A DNA stretch of 64,000 nucleotides. It comes from Kiritimatiellia bacterium. Its GTDB lineage: Bacteria > Verrucomicrobiota > Kiritimatiellia > RFP12 > UBA1067. The stretch lies in the NCBI GenBank assembly GCA_050949565.1, contig JBMNFY010000001.1:128001-192000 (forward strand), in the 5' to 3' direction. Both the position numbers and the translations under genes were made by a program. Under the pieces are notes generated by a model, which had not been told where the DNA came from, searched no databases, and saw only the letters and a list, made by a program, of their open reading frames with translations. This document shows positions 50,452 to 60,831 of this stretch, one piece after another. How positions within the stretch are numbered: position 1 is the first letter of the stretch; every line of letters begins with the position of its first letter.

Positions 50452-53400
50452 ATGCCGATTATGGAAACCGGTGTGTTTTTGATGAAACCGATGTTCTACA
50501 AGAGAAGCCTTAGCTTCTTGAACGTGTTTGGAGGCGTTGCCTGTGCCGCAGTTTTCCTGGTGTTGCCTAGTTTCGCGGGCGGCGAAAATACGCCGCGCGC
50601 CTACGGTACGCTGACGCCCGAGGCCGCCGCGCTTGTCGCTGAGATGCGCGAACAGGCGAAGGCCTACCGACCGCAGACGGACCATGTGGGGCTTTTTGCG
50701 CGCGCCCAACTCAAATATGGCGCGCAGCGCACCGACTTCCTTCACCGTTGGTACGAGCGTCCGCTGCACCAGAATTCGACGTGGGCCGAAACGGCCGAAT
50801 ACGGACGCATCCTGCATCCCGAGGCGTGGAAGAAGACGACCGAGACGGTACGTCTGGGGAAGATGGATGGCCTTGCCGTTTGCATCTCCCAGTCGAGCCG
50901 CAGTGAGGTGATTGAGAAGAGCGTTATGCCGGGCGGGGAGATGACGATCCTCGTGGAACTCCCCTATGACTATCACGATACCGGTATCGCTGCCTTTCTG
51001 GAGACGGCCGAACGCGCCCTGGCCATGCCGAATGCCTACCGTATCGATGGGAAGGTGGTGCTCACGCGTTATCCGGTGGTGAAAGAGGCGGAGCTCGACC
51101 TCTGCGAGAAGGTGCGCAAGGCGCTGACAGAAAAGTTCGGCCCCGACAAATTTATCGTCATCTTTTACGTCTCGGCCTTTGAACGAAGTCTGCCTGCAGG
51201 TCCGATGACTGTCCAGTCACTTGAACAGGCACGCGAACACCTGCGGCGCTGTCTGCGCAAGATGGACGGCCTGTTCATGGCGGGTTGGGAGGTGTACTGG
51301 CCGCGCCGCTACAATGCGGCATTCGAGCGCGAGGTGCTGGTGCCTCTCTACCAGAGTGTTTTGGCAGAACCGGAATTCGCCGGGAAGAAGTATCTGGGCA
51401 TGCCCATGTCACCGGGACACGAGAACTGCTACCGCTGGAGCTATTCGATCGATTCGCAGGGCACGTACACGTTGGCCGAGCGCATGGAAACGATGCGCGC
51501 GCTGCGTCCCGATTTCATCATCTGCTGCGAATGGGACGAGGAGAACGAGAACACGCACTTTCGTCCTACGATCTTTAACGGATTTGTCCATCAACGTCTG
51601 CTGCGCTACTATGCGAATGTTTTTGCCGGTCGTGCGCCGGAGGTTTTTCCCGGTGACGATGTCGCGATTCCCAATCTGGTCGTCTCGTACCGCAAATCGC
51701 TTATCGCGGGCGAGCCCATTGAGGTGGAGGTGCGGAACATTCCGGATGGCACGTTCAAAGGGCAGACGTTCACCTGTTCCCTGAATTGGACGGATCTGGC
51801 GGGAAAGGTCGTGAAGACCTATCCTGTTGCGACGCTGAAGGCGGACGAGCCGGGGTGTGCCTTCTTTACATCGCCGGTGTCTGAACTTGTGGTTGCGAAC
51901 CGTCTACTGGTTCCAGACTTTACCGTGCGTGCGTCGGATGGGACCGAGTTCTGCGGCGGCGCCGATTTTTGGCCGCTCGACCTGAACGCGAGCCGTGCCG
52001 TCGATACGAAGTGGGCGAAGCACGCCCTGCGTGAACGCAGCAACGGCATCACGGGCGAGCTTGCCGTGGGCGAACCGGCGGCGGACGGCGTGCGTACAAT
52101 CACGGGACGCTTTTCCGCGCCGCAGCCCGTCAAAAGTGTAGAAGTGCTGGAAGGCCCCGATACGGTGTTCATGTTCGACCCAACGGCGAAGCCGATTGAC
52201 AATCGCGTCGTCATCAAGTTGGAGATTCAGGCGCGGCACAACGCGCCGAAGGAGTACGCCCTCAAAGGGAATATCCGTTTCCAGCAGGCACCGGGGGTTG
52301 AGATTCTCACCCGCCCTCAGCGCGCCATTACCGCGACGGCGGACGGTTGGACGCTGAAGGGAGCGCACTACAATAACTGGGACATCAACCTCTTTGCTTC
52401 CCTGCCGGCAGCCGCCGTGGAAACGGCTGAAATCGATGTGGCGCTCGCGCCGACTTTCCAGACACGCATCAAGGTGAAGGATGTGGTAGCGAAGGACGTT
52501 ATCGGCACCACGGGACCCGGCGGCGGCAACCTGGTGGCAAGCCGCTACCTGTCACAGATCGCGATGCCCAAGCCGTGTAACGTCGCCTCGGGGACATTCG
52601 CGTTCAAGCTGAAGCCGGTCGACAAGTCGGGTGTCCTGCGCTTGCAGATCGTGGATAGCGATGGACATGTATGGCGCGGTGCGCCGCGTACATTCTATCG
52701 TCCGTCCGGCAAGATGCGCACGTTCCATATTTTTGAGCGTGACGAAGAACGCGTGACATCACTCACGATGGATGTCAACCGCCTTGATGAACCAGACTAC
52801 GATTTTGTGCTCACGCGCGGATCGGTTGTGTGGACGGATGCCGGGCGCAATCTCTGCGGCATCCTTGGCGGTGCGGCCACGTTGGTGACTGGTTTTGGCG
52901 AGGGCGAGACATGCTACGGCGACTCGATTGCGCGGTACATTACCGGCAAGGAGCCGGGCATCCTGAATACAGCGCCTACACCGGCAGAAGGTCCGCATGG
53001 CGGTCCCGCGTTGCGTTTCGGTCCGTCATCCTACCTGATGCTTCCGCAACAGTTGGTGCCGAAGTTCGCCGGCTTTGAGATTACGCTCGATGTGAAGCCC
53101 GATGATGCGCAAGGCGTTCAGACACTCGTCGATTCAGGTAACGCGGCGTACGGCCTCTATCTCAGGGACGGGGTGCCCGAGGCCTTTGTCTTCGACACTT
53201 CCAATCACGCGCGGCAACGCGGTGCCAATCCCCGGAGGGTGAAGGGGCCTGCACTTCAGGTGGGGGGCTGGAACCACGTGCAACTCATCGGCGACCAAAA
53301 GACGCTCCGGCTGGTTGTCAACGGCGTGGAAGGCCCCGTGGTGGAACACGGCGGTTACCAGTTGCAGGCGCGTTATACATGCGTGGGCGCGGCGAACCGC

Positions 53401-53454
53401 GGACCGAATTTCTTCCGTGGATGTCTCGCCAATCTAAAATTCTATCTGCGCTGA
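50452..53454 (+). CDS. Large secreted protein, GH71/GH99-like N-terminal barrel plus C-terminal LamG domain (true start may be slightly downstream)
   Basis: Signal-peptide-like N-terminus, AYRIDGKVVL, PDFIICCEWDEENENTHFRP (resembles the W.E..E.T motif), and C-terminal WNHVQL...LVVNG...FRGCLANLK. Confidence 0.5.
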   Translation: MPIMETGVFLMKPMFYKRSLSFLNVFGGVACAAVFLVLPSFAGGENTPRAYGTLTPEAAALVAEMREQAKAYRPQTDHVGLFARAQLKYGAQRTDFLHRWYERPLHQNSTWAETAEYGRILHPEAWKKTTETVRLGKMDGLAVCISQSSRSEVIEKSVMPGGEMTILVELPYDYHDTGIAAFLETAERALAMPNAYRIDGKVVLTRYPVVKEAELDLCEKVRKALTEKFGPDKFIVIFYVSAFERSLPAGPMTVQSLEQAREHLRRCLRKMDGLFMAGWEVYWPRRYNAAFEREVLVPLYQSVLAEPEFAGKKYLGMPMSPGHENCYRWSYSIDSQGTYTLAERMETMRALRPDFIICCEWDEENENTHFRPTIFNGFVHQRLLRYYANVFAGRAPEVFPGDDVAIPNLVVSYRKSLIAGEPIEVEVRNIPDGTFKGQTFTCSLNWTDLAGKVVKTYPVATLKADEPGCAFFTSPVSELVVANRLLVPDFTVRASDGTEFCGGADFWPLDLNASRAVDTKWAKHALRERSNGITGELAVGEPAADGVRTITGRFSAPQPVKSVEVLEGPDTVFMFDPTAKPIDNRVVIKLEIQARHNAPKEYALKGNIRFQQAPGVEILTRPQRAITATADGWTLKGAHYNNWDINLFASLPAAAVETAEIDVALAPTFQTRIKVKDVVAKDVIGTTGPGGGNLVASRYLSQIAMPKPCNVASGTFAFKLKPVDKSGVLRLQIVDSDGHVWRGAPRTFYRPSGKMRTFHIFERDEERVTSLTMDVNRLDEPDYDFVLTRGSVVWTDAGRNLCGILGGAATLVTGFGEGETCYGDSIARYITGKEPGILNTAPTPAEGPHGGPALRFGPSSYLMLPQQLVPKFAGFEITLDVKPDDAQGVQTLVDSGNAAYGLYLRDGVPEAFVFDTSNHARQRGANPRRVKGPALQVGGWNHVQLIGDQKTLRLVVNGVEGPVVEHGGYQLQARYTCVGAANRGPNFFRGCLANLKFYLR

Positions 53455-53474
53455 GTCTCGGTGCTTATCGCCCG

Positions 53475-53912
53475 TCACTTCGCTTCGTTGAAGAGGGTGA
53501 CAGCGTCCAGCACATCGCGGCCCGCCGCTTTGAGGGCTTCAATGGCGCGGTCTGGATTGTCGAAGCGGAAGACCAGTACCGCTTCGGTGCCGTGGTGGAA
53601 GGCGAAGGCGTACATGTACTCGATGTTGACACCGGCCTGACTGACCGCATCGAGGACCTCGGCCATGCCGCCGGGTCTGTCCGGCACGGTGGCCGCTACC
53701 ACCTCGCGCACGTTCACGACATAACCGGCCTGCTCAAGGACGGTCTTGGCTTTCTGCCACTCCTCGACGATCAGGCGCACGATGCCGAACTGCTGGGTGT
53801 CAGCCAACGAGAGGGTGACGATATTGATCTGAGCCTCGGCGAGTGTGCGGCAGACGGCGTTCAAGTGGCCGGGCTTGTTTTCGAGAAAGAGAGAAATCTG
53901 ATTGATTTTCAT
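53475..53912 (-). CDS. Tandem ACT-domain protein (PaaK-associated type)
   Basis: QISLFLENKPG.L, INI..LSLADT..FGIVRLIV and DRPGG...VL..V...GVNIEYMYAF motifs. Confidence 0.93.
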   Translation of the reverse strand: MKINQISLFLENKPGHLNAVCRTLAEAQINIVTLSLADTQQFGIVRLIVEEWQKAKTVLEQAGYVVNVREVVAATVPDRPGGMAEVLDAVSQAGVNIEYMYAFAFHHGTEAVLVFRFDNPDRAIEALKAAGRDVLDAVTLFNEAK

Positions 53913-53934
53913 GGTCGGAGCCCTTTCTGCGGGT

Positions 53935-55278
53935 TTACGCTTTCTTACGCAGGTCGTTCACGCGGCGGAGCTTGCCTTCGCTGCGCGGCAGCGTGTGCGG
54001 CTCAACCAGCGTGATGGAGGCGTTGATGTTGATGATGCGCTGGACGGCATGGCCGATGCGCGCGCGCAGTTTCTCCAGCGACTTGATATCGTCGCTGAAG
54101 GTTTCCGGTGTGACCTCGACTTTGATTTCGAGGGTGTCGAGGCCGTTGGTCTTGTCGACCACAATCAAGTAGTGGGGCAGGACCGCGTCGATGGCCATCA
54201 GGCCGGCCTCGATCTGCGACGGGAAGACGTTAACGCCACGGATGATCAGCATATCGTCGCTACGTGCGCTGACGCGCTCGATGGTGCGGATGGTGCGGCC
54301 GCACGGGCAAGGCTCGGGCGTGATACGCGAGAGGTCGCGCGTGCGGTAGCGCAGCATCGGTGTGCCGGTACGCGATAGAGTCGTGAAGACCAACTCGCCC
54401 TTTTCGCCGTCCGGCAGCGGTTCCAGCGTCTCGGGATCGATAATCTCGGGATAAAAGTGATCCTCGAAGACATGCAAGCCACGGCGGTGGGCGCAGTCGT
54501 TGGCCACGCCCGGACCGGATATTTCGGTCAGTCCGTAGATGTCGTGCGTGGTGATGCCGGTCAGTTCCTCGATCTTGGCACGCATCTCCTCTGCCCAAGG
54601 CTCTGCACCGAAGACGCCGTGCTTGAGCTTCATGTCGGTCTTGAAGTCAATGCCCTTCTTCATGCCTTCGTCGATCAGGTGCAGGAAGTAACTGGGGGTG
54701 CAGGCGATGACCGTCACGCCCATGTCTTTCATCAGCATGAGCTGGCGGTCAGTGTTGCCGCCCGAAGTCGGCAGCACGGCGCAACCGAGCCCCTCACCGC
54801 CATAGTGCAGACCCAGGCCACCGGTGAAAAGTCCGTAACCGTAGGCGACCTGCATGACGTCAGAGCTGCGCACGCCGCACATCGCCAGCGCGCGCATGCA
54901 ACCGTTCTGCCAAACCAAGATATCGTTTTGCGTGTTACCGATGACGATCGGTTTGCCGGTCGTGCCGCTCGAGCAGTGGAAGCGCACGATGTCGTTCATC
55001 GGGCTGGCGAGCAGGCCGAAGGGGTATTCGTCGCGCAGATCGGTCTTCATCATGAAGGGCAGCAGGGCGATGTCATCAAGCGTCTTGATGTGTTCGGGCT
55101 TGACGCCGCGCTCGTCCATGCGCGCACGCACCAGCGGCACGTTGTCGTACATGCGCCGTACCAAGCCTTGCAGGCGGTGCAACTGCAGGGCTCGCAGTTG
55201 CTCCCGGGGCATGTAGTCAGGAGCGCTGACCGGATGGACTGGGGTGTCCAGGTCGTGCGCATACTCGTAAAGGGCCAT
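53935..55278 (-). CDS. paaK: Phenylacetate-CoA ligase family protein
   Basis: HCSSGTTGKP, AYGYGLFTGGLGLHYG, FGAEPW, DIYGLTEISGPGVA, LRYRTRD, RSDDMLIIRGVNVFPSQIE and LPRSEGK motifs. Confidence 0.93.
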   Translation of the reverse strand: MALYEYAHDLDTPVHPVSAPDYMPREQLRALQLHRLQGLVRRMYDNVPLVRARMDERGVKPEHIKTLDDIALLPFMMKTDLRDEYPFGLLASPMNDIVRFHCSSGTTGKPIVIGNTQNDILVWQNGCMRALAMCGVRSSDVMQVAYGYGLFTGGLGLHYGGEGLGCAVLPTSGGNTDRQLMLMKDMGVTVIACTPSYFLHLIDEGMKKGIDFKTDMKLKHGVFGAEPWAEEMRAKIEELTGITTHDIYGLTEISGPGVANDCAHRRGLHVFEDHFYPEIIDPETLEPLPDGEKGELVFTTLSRTGTPMLRYRTRDLSRITPEPCPCGRTIRTIERVSARSDDMLIIRGVNVFPSQIEAGLMAIDAVLPHYLIVVDKTNGLDTLEIKVEVTPETFSDDIKSLEKLRARIGHAVQRIININASITLVEPHTLPRSEGKLRRVNDLRKKA

Positions 55279-55489
55279 TTTGTTCTCCGCATGGGTGGGG
55301 GTTCAGGAGAGTGTCTCCGTTAAGTTTCCCTTAAGAGTATCACTTTCTGACCTCCACGTGAACAAAATGAATTTTATTCGCGTAAACTGTGGCGGGATGG
55401 GCAGTTTAAGTGGTATCCCAGCTGTGGGGCTGGGGAAGTAAAAGACGATGACGGGGGCCATAAAAGGCAGAATCGCAAAAATCGTAAAA

Positions 55490-55536
55490 ACGCAACATTT
55501 TGTGGTTGCATGAAGCGGCAAAGCTACATATAGTGT
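55490..55536 (+). promoter_or_regulatory. Tandem NrdR boxes upstream of nrdD
   Basis: ACGCAACATTTTGTGG (55490-55505) and AAGCTACATATAGTGT (55521-55536) match the consensus acaCwAtATaTwGtgt with the typical 31-bp offset. Confidence 0.85.
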
Positions 55537-55621
55537 TCCGCATTCTTTAACGAGAATGTCTGGGCGCGGGGTGCTTCCAAGAAAAACATGTGTTTAACAG
55601 CCGATTTTGGAGTTTTCAGGG

Positions 55622-57736
55622 ATGAATGAGTTTGTGCAGCAGGATTTGATCGTTAGCATTCAGAAACGGGACGGGCGGGTCGAACCATTTAAGCCCCAAA
55701 AAATTACTGCGGCGATTCAGAGGGCGGGCGAGGCTACCGGGGAGTTCGCCGTGGAAGAGGCGCGGCGTCTGACGCTGAAGGTGGTGACGTTGATTCATTC
55801 GTTGCAAGATACCTTGAGCCTTTCGGTTGAGAACGTGCAGGATATCGTGGAGGAGGTGCTGTTGGCCTCTCCGTACCGCCGCACCGCCAAGGCGTATATC
55901 ATTTACCGCGATCAGCACGCGCGCCTCCGCGAGATGGTGCGCAAGGCCGATGTCGATCTGATCGACAGCTATCTCGGGCGGGTGGACTGGCGCGTGCGCG
56001 AAAATTCCAACATGGCCTATTCGCTGCAAGGGCTCAACAACTACATCTCGAGCGAAGTGAGCAAGGTCTATTGGCTTAATAAGATCTACCCCGCCGAGAT
56101 CCGCGAGGCTCACGATAACGGCGCGATGCACCTGCATGATCTAGGGTTGCTCAGTGTCTACTGCGTGGGTTGGGACCTTCAGGATCTCCTGCGTGGCGGC
56201 TTCAAGGGCGTTGCCGGCAAAGCCGAGAGCCTCCCGGCCAAGCACTTCCGCACTGCGCTCGGTCAGATCGTCAACTTTTTCTACACGCTCCAGGGCGAGG
56301 CCGCCGGTGCTCAGGCCTTTTCCAACTTCGATACGCTGCTGGCACCCTTTGTGCGCTATGACCGCCTCGGCCCCAAAGAGGTCAAGCAGGCGCTGCAAGA
56401 GTTCATCTTCAATGTCAACGTGCCGACGCGCGTCGGTTTCCAGACGCCCTTCACCAACTTGACAATGGATCTGATCGCGCCGTCGACGCTGGCGAACGAG
56501 CATGCGGTCATCGGCGGCAAAGAGATGCCGGAGACCTATGCCGATTTCCAGCCCGAGATGGACATGATCAACACCGCGTTCCTGGAGGTCATGACCGAAG
56601 GTGACGCCAAGGGACGCGTCTTCACCTTCCCGATCCCGACCTATAACATCACCGAGGATTTCGACTGGGAACGTCCCGGTCTCGAGAAGCTCTGGGAAGT
56701 CACGGCCAAGTACGGCATCCCGTACTTCGCGAACTTCGTCAACTCCGACATGAGCCCGGACGACGCCCGCTCGATGTGCTGCCGTCTGCGCCTCGACACG
56801 CGCGAGTTGAACCGGCGCGGCGGCGGCCTGTTCGGCGCCAATCCGCAGACCGGTTCGATCGGCGTGGTCACGATCAACATGCCGCGGCTCGGCTACCTTG
56901 CGGAATCCGAGCAGGATTTCCTCGAGCGGCTCGACCACCTGATGGGCATGGCGCGCAACAGCCTTGAGATCAAGCGCAAGGTTCTGGAGCGGTTCACCGA
57001 GCAGAATCTCTATCCCTACACCAAGTTTTATCTACGTCAGGTCCACCAACGCTTCAAGTGCTACTGGCAGAACCATTTCTCCACCATCGGGCTGGTCGGT
57101 CTTAATGAGGCGTGCCTCAACCTCTTCGGCGAGGATATCGGTAGCGAGCGTGGTCGTGCCTTTGCCTTGACCGTGATGGATTTCATGCGCGCGCGGCTGA
57201 CCGACTATCAGGAGGAGACCGGCAACCTCTACAACCTGGAGGCGACGCCGGCCGAGGGCACGACCTACCGTCTTGCCCGGCTCGACAAGAAGCTCTATCC
57301 TGAGATCATCGCGGCTGGTGGCGACGGCGAACCCTTCTATTCCAACTCGACCCAACTCCCCGTCAACTACAGCGACGACATCCTGCATGTCCTCGACTTG
57401 CAGGACGAGATCCAGACCAAGTACACCGGCGGTACCGTGGTGCATGCCTTTGTCGGCGAGGCGGTCAGCGATCCGCAGGCGGTCAAGGCGTTCGTGCGCA
57501 TGGTCTGCCAGAACTACCGGCTGCCGTACTTCACGCTGACGCCGACCTTTAGCATCTGCGAGGATCACGGCTACCTGTCCGGCGAGGTACATGAGTGTCC
57601 GCACTGCGGACAGTACACCGAGGTCTATTCGCGCGTGGTGGGGTACATCCGGCCTATTCAGCAGTGGAACGCGGGCAAGCAGAACGAATTCCACCAGCGC
57701 AAAACCTACCGGGTGGCTCAGGCACTCGCCCAATGA
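55622..57736 (+). CDS. nrdD: Class III anaerobic ribonucleoside-triphosphate reductase with ATP cone
   Basis: IQKRDGRVEPF ATP cone, HLHDL, YCVGW, FTFPIPT, SMCCRL, EATPAEG, CEDHGY...CPHCG and the glycyl-radical motif YSRVVGYIRP. Confidence 0.97.
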   Translation: MNEFVQQDLIVSIQKRDGRVEPFKPQKITAAIQRAGEATGEFAVEEARRLTLKVVTLIHSLQDTLSLSVENVQDIVEEVLLASPYRRTAKAYIIYRDQHARLREMVRKADVDLIDSYLGRVDWRVRENSNMAYSLQGLNNYISSEVSKVYWLNKIYPAEIREAHDNGAMHLHDLGLLSVYCVGWDLQDLLRGGFKGVAGKAESLPAKHFRTALGQIVNFFYTLQGEAAGAQAFSNFDTLLAPFVRYDRLGPKEVKQALQEFIFNVNVPTRVGFQTPFTNLTMDLIAPSTLANEHAVIGGKEMPETYADFQPEMDMINTAFLEVMTEGDAKGRVFTFPIPTYNITEDFDWERPGLEKLWEVTAKYGIPYFANFVNSDMSPDDARSMCCRLRLDTRELNRRGGGLFGANPQTGSIGVVTINMPRLGYLAESEQDFLERLDHLMGMARNSLEIKRKVLERFTEQNLYPYTKFYLRQVHQRFKCYWQNHFSTIGLVGLNEACLNLFGEDIGSERGRAFALTVMDFMRARLTDYQEETGNLYNLEATPAEGTTYRLARLDKKLYPEIIAAGGDGEPFYSNSTQLPVNYSDDILHVLDLQDEIQTKYTGGTVVHAFVGEAVSDPQAVKAFVRMVCQNYRLPYFTLTPTFSICEDHGYLSGEVHECPHCGQYTEVYSRVVGYIRPIQQWNAGKQNEFHQRKTYRVAQALAQ

Positions 57737-58371
57737 CGTTCGCTGGCTTTGTCCCGCTCAGCCTCTGTGATTATCCGGGATGCGTAGCCTCGGTGCTCTT
57801 CACCCAAGGTTGCAATTTCCGTTGCCCTTGGTGTCACAATCCGCACCTCGTGCCGACCACGCCGCCTGATGGTGCGGTCGCGCACGATGAGGATGCGGTG
57901 GTCGATATGCTCGCGTCGCGCCGTACGCGTGTCGAGGGGGTGGTGGTGACCGGCGGCGAGCCGACCCTGCACGCCGCCGAATTGCCGGCGTTCCTGCGCC
58001 GCCTCCGTGCGCTCGGGCTGCGCATCAAGCTCGACACCAACGGGGCACGTCCGGCGGTGTTGCGCGCCCTCTTCGACGAGTGTCTGCTCGATTATGTCGC
58101 GATGGATGTCAAGGCACCGTGGGCGCGTTACGCAACGTTGACCGGCATGCCCGTCTGCGATGTGGCGGCACTGCAAGACAGCGTTACGCTGATCGCCGGC
58201 TCCGGCGTGGCGCATCAATTTCGCACCACGCGCGTAGATCCGCTGTTATCCGAGAGTGACTACGAGGCCATCCGCCAGCAGATTCCAAACGGTAGCCCGC
58301 ATGTGTGGCAGACCTTCCGCCCCGACGTGTGCCTGGCGCCCGGTTTTTTATCCACAGATTTACACAGATGA
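57733..58371 (+). CDS. nrdG: Anaerobic RNR activating radical-SAM protein
   Basis: SLCDYPG, FTQGCNFRCPWCHNP, VTGGEPT, KLDTNG and DYVAMDVKAP motifs. ATGA overlap with nrdD. Confidence 0.95.
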   Translation: MTFAGFVPLSLCDYPGCVASVLFTQGCNFRCPWCHNPHLVPTTPPDGAVAHDEDAVVDMLASRRTRVEGVVVTGGEPTLHAAELPAFLRRLRALGLRIKLDTNGARPAVLRALFDECLLDYVAMDVKAPWARYATLTGMPVCDVAALQDSVTLIAGSGVAHQFRTTRVDPLLSESDYEAIRQQIPNGSPHVWQTFRPDVCLAPGFLSTDLHR

Positions 58372-58462
58372 CGCAAGGCGTTTTGTGTCCTTCGTTGCCT
58401 TGGTGTGAGATTGAATTGAATTGCGGGCTCCGCCCGCGTTAGACTTTTCGTGTTTCCGTGTT
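58343..58462. repeat. Microrepeat mosaic between nrdG and the hydrolase
   Basis: ccacagat/tacacagat/gacgca module, then ttgtgtccttcgttgccttggtgtgaga, a GCGGGC-TCC-GCCCGC hairpin and ttttcgtgtttccgtgtt. Confidence 0.6.
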
Positions 58463-59126
58463 AGCCATCTGTTCTAGCTTTCAGAAACTCGGTCACTGCG
58501 TCGGGATGGGACATGGAGAGGGCATGTCCAGCACCGGCGACAATAACATCAGGCGTTGTGTTCTTTACCGGCAAAACAAAATCATTCGCACCATGGATCT
58601 GATAGATCGGCGTGTTACTGATGTCTGACGCACCGCGCCATTCCAAAGTGGCGCGGCAAGCCCATCGGAGAAAGGCGGCGTCTGACTCTGAAAGCTGTGA
58701 GACTAAATCTGACCAATGCGGACTTGAAGATATACTGGTCGATACGAGTACTATCTTGCTCAATAACGTGGCGACCTCAAAAGGGATGGCATCGGCTACG
58801 CCGGGAAGTTTCCGTAGAGCTTTGATGGTCTTAGGCAACTCATCGGGCGTCCGGACACTGCCGACAAGGAGACAGGCTTTTACATCAAGATGCCGGATCA
58901 TTTCCAGTGCGACAAATCCGCCGAATGAAGCGCCCCCGATAAAGCAGGGTTGGCCGGGGTTGATGGTGTTGGCAAATCTTTCTGCATAGGACGGAAGAGA
59001 CTCCTTCGGCAGCGGGTCAATCCAAGTGGGCACGACAATCTGAGGGATTGCCTCTATTTGCTTGGCGAACACGCGCGCATCCGCACCCATGCCAGACAAC
59101 ATGATTATGGGGGGCTTCTTATACAT
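58461..59126 (-). CDS. Alpha/beta-hydrolase fold protein
   Basis: LSGMGADARVF, nucleophile elbow GASFGG, IHGAND.VLP and GAGH motifs. AT-richer than its flanks, with a TTGACA-type promoter upstream. Confidence 0.9.
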   Translation of the reverse strand: MYKKPPIIMLSGMGADARVFAKQIEAIPQIVVPTWIDPLPKESLPSYAERFANTINPGQPCFIGGASFGGFVALEMIRHLDVKACLLVGSVRTPDELPKTIKALRKLPGVADAIPFEVATLLSKIVLVSTSISSSPHWSDLVSQLSESDAAFLRWACRATLEWRGASDISNTPIYQIHGANDFVLPVKNTTPDVIVAGAGHALSMSHPDAVTEFLKARTDG

Positions 59127-59601
59127 GGTTGAGCACAGGTGCAGGATATATCTGACCGTCTGCGGGTGTCAAGGTTGAGGTCCCTCAGTTCTTGCTATCC
59201 CCGCCGAATACACAGAGAAGGGGCGCCCGGTAATGGGCGTCCCTTCCGTCGTGGCTTTACCAACTTGATCCCGGCAGGAATCTGGGTAAGGCAAACTCGT
59301 TGACCGATGATAACCTGATTGACTTCATTGACAAGCAACGGACGCGCGCGGCGAGTTCTGGGATTGCGTCGGCTACCCTGCCTGCAAGGGGAAAAGCCCA
59401 GTAGAAGCTCCAAGCGCTGACAACTCCAATTGACACCCCCGCCAATATCGTCAATCATGTCAATCACGTCAACACCCCCATGAACGAAACCGAAACAGAG
59501 TCGAACTGATCGACCCCGCCCTCAAAGGCAAGGCGGGCTGGGGTGCTGTTGAGGGGAGTCGGTATAATCGCCTCCATACACGATTGAAAGGTTAAGTAAA
59601 C

Positions 59602-60831
59602 ATGGCGCGAACGGATTTGCCGGAGAATATCGCGGAGGAGATCCGCAACCGGGTTTTCAATGAAAGCGGCTTTATGAAGCTCACGCAGGTCGTGCGCGGG
59701 CGGGGCGGGACGTTCCGCGTCAGCCTGCGTCCGGTGGTCATCAAAGATGAAAACAAATATCAGGGTGAAATGACGGAGGACGGGCGCACGCAGGTGAAGA
59801 ACTTCGATCTGGATGGCGCACGCGCTGGCTTGGAGGAGATGTTGGGACAAACCGGTCCGCGTGAGTTGCATCTGATAACGGCCTCGGGTGACCTGCATGT
59901 GCGCATCACCAAAAAGGGCAAAGCGCTGATATCTCGGAGCGGCCGGATGGCGCGTAAGGTCGATGCGAGGCAGGGGCATGACCGGGTCAAACGCCAACCG
60001 CTGACGGCCTTTGACGCTGTCCCCTTGCTAAAAACGCTCGGGATTGCGGATGCCGATGGAAACATCCGCGCATCAATGCGCGGCAAATATGATCAAGTGA
60101 ATGAGTTTTTGCGGATCATCGACGCCACGATTGCCGCGAAACCGGAGAAGACGCTGAACATCGTGGATTGCGGTTGCGGGCGCGCCTACCTTACGCTGGC
60201 GGTCTATTTCTATCTGACGGTTGTGCGCGGTTTTGATGTCAAGGTTTGCGGGATCGACAAGCAGGCCGATGTGATCGCGACAGCGCGCGCGATGGCCGAC
60301 GCGCTGGACGTCTCGGATCGAGTGATATTCGTTGAGGGTACGCTCGCGGACAGTGACGTGCCGTTTGATCCGGACATGGTGTTGAGTCTGCACGCCTGCG
60401 ACACGGCGACAGACGAAGCGTTGGCGCGCGGCATCGAGTGGAAGTGCCGTTATCTGCTGTGTGCGCCTTGCTGTCAGCATGAGCTGCACAAGTCGCTCAA
60501 AGTAGGCGGACCGATGCGGGCGGTACTACGCCACGGTATTTTGCGTGAGAGACTGGCTGATCTGTTGACCGACACCTTCCGTGCGCAGATCCTACGCGTG
60601 CTCGGTTTCCGCGTGCAGGTGATGGAGTTTGTCTCGGCAGACGCCACGACGCGGAATATCCTGCTACGGGCGGAGTTCAGCGTAAAGCCGGGTCAGCAGG
60701 CCGCCGTGAGCGAGTATCTGGAGTTGCGCGACTTCTGGGAAGTGACACCTTGGCTGGAAACGCGGTTGGCGGATTTGATGGGCAAGTATCTCGACCATTA
60801 CCAACGCGGCGAAGCCCGCAACCCAAGTTAA
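59602..60831 (+). CDS. Class I SAM-dependent methyltransferase (Methyltransf_32-like)
   Basis: KYDQVNEFL, IVDCGCGRAYLT, SLHACDTATDEAL, APCCQHE and LTD.FRA.IL motifs. Confidence 0.92.
   Translation: MARTDLPENIAEEIRNRVFNESGFMKLTQVVRGRGGTFRVSLRPVVIKDENKYQGEMTEDGRTQVKNFDLDGARAGLEEMLGQTGPRELHLITASGDLHVRITKKGKALISRSGRMARKVDARQGHDRVKRQPLTAFDAVPLLKTLGIADADGNIRASMRGKYDQVNEFLRIIDATIAAKPEKTLNIVDCGCGRAYLTLAVYFYLTVVRGFDVKVCGIDKQADVIATARAMADALDVSDRVIFVEGTLADSDVPFDPDMVLSLHACDTATDEALARGIEWKCRYLLCAPCCQHELHKSLKVGGPMRAVLRHGILRERLADLLTDTFRAQILRVLGFRVQVMEFVSADATTRNILLRAEFSVKPGQQAAVSEYLELRDFWEVTPWLETRLADLMGKYLDHYQRGEARNPS

Noticed and set aside
55279-55480. Possible riboswitch in the paaK-nrdD intergenic region
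   Set aside because: Only short imperfect hairpins are present and no known aptamer consensus could be recognised. An Rfam/Infernal scan would be needed.
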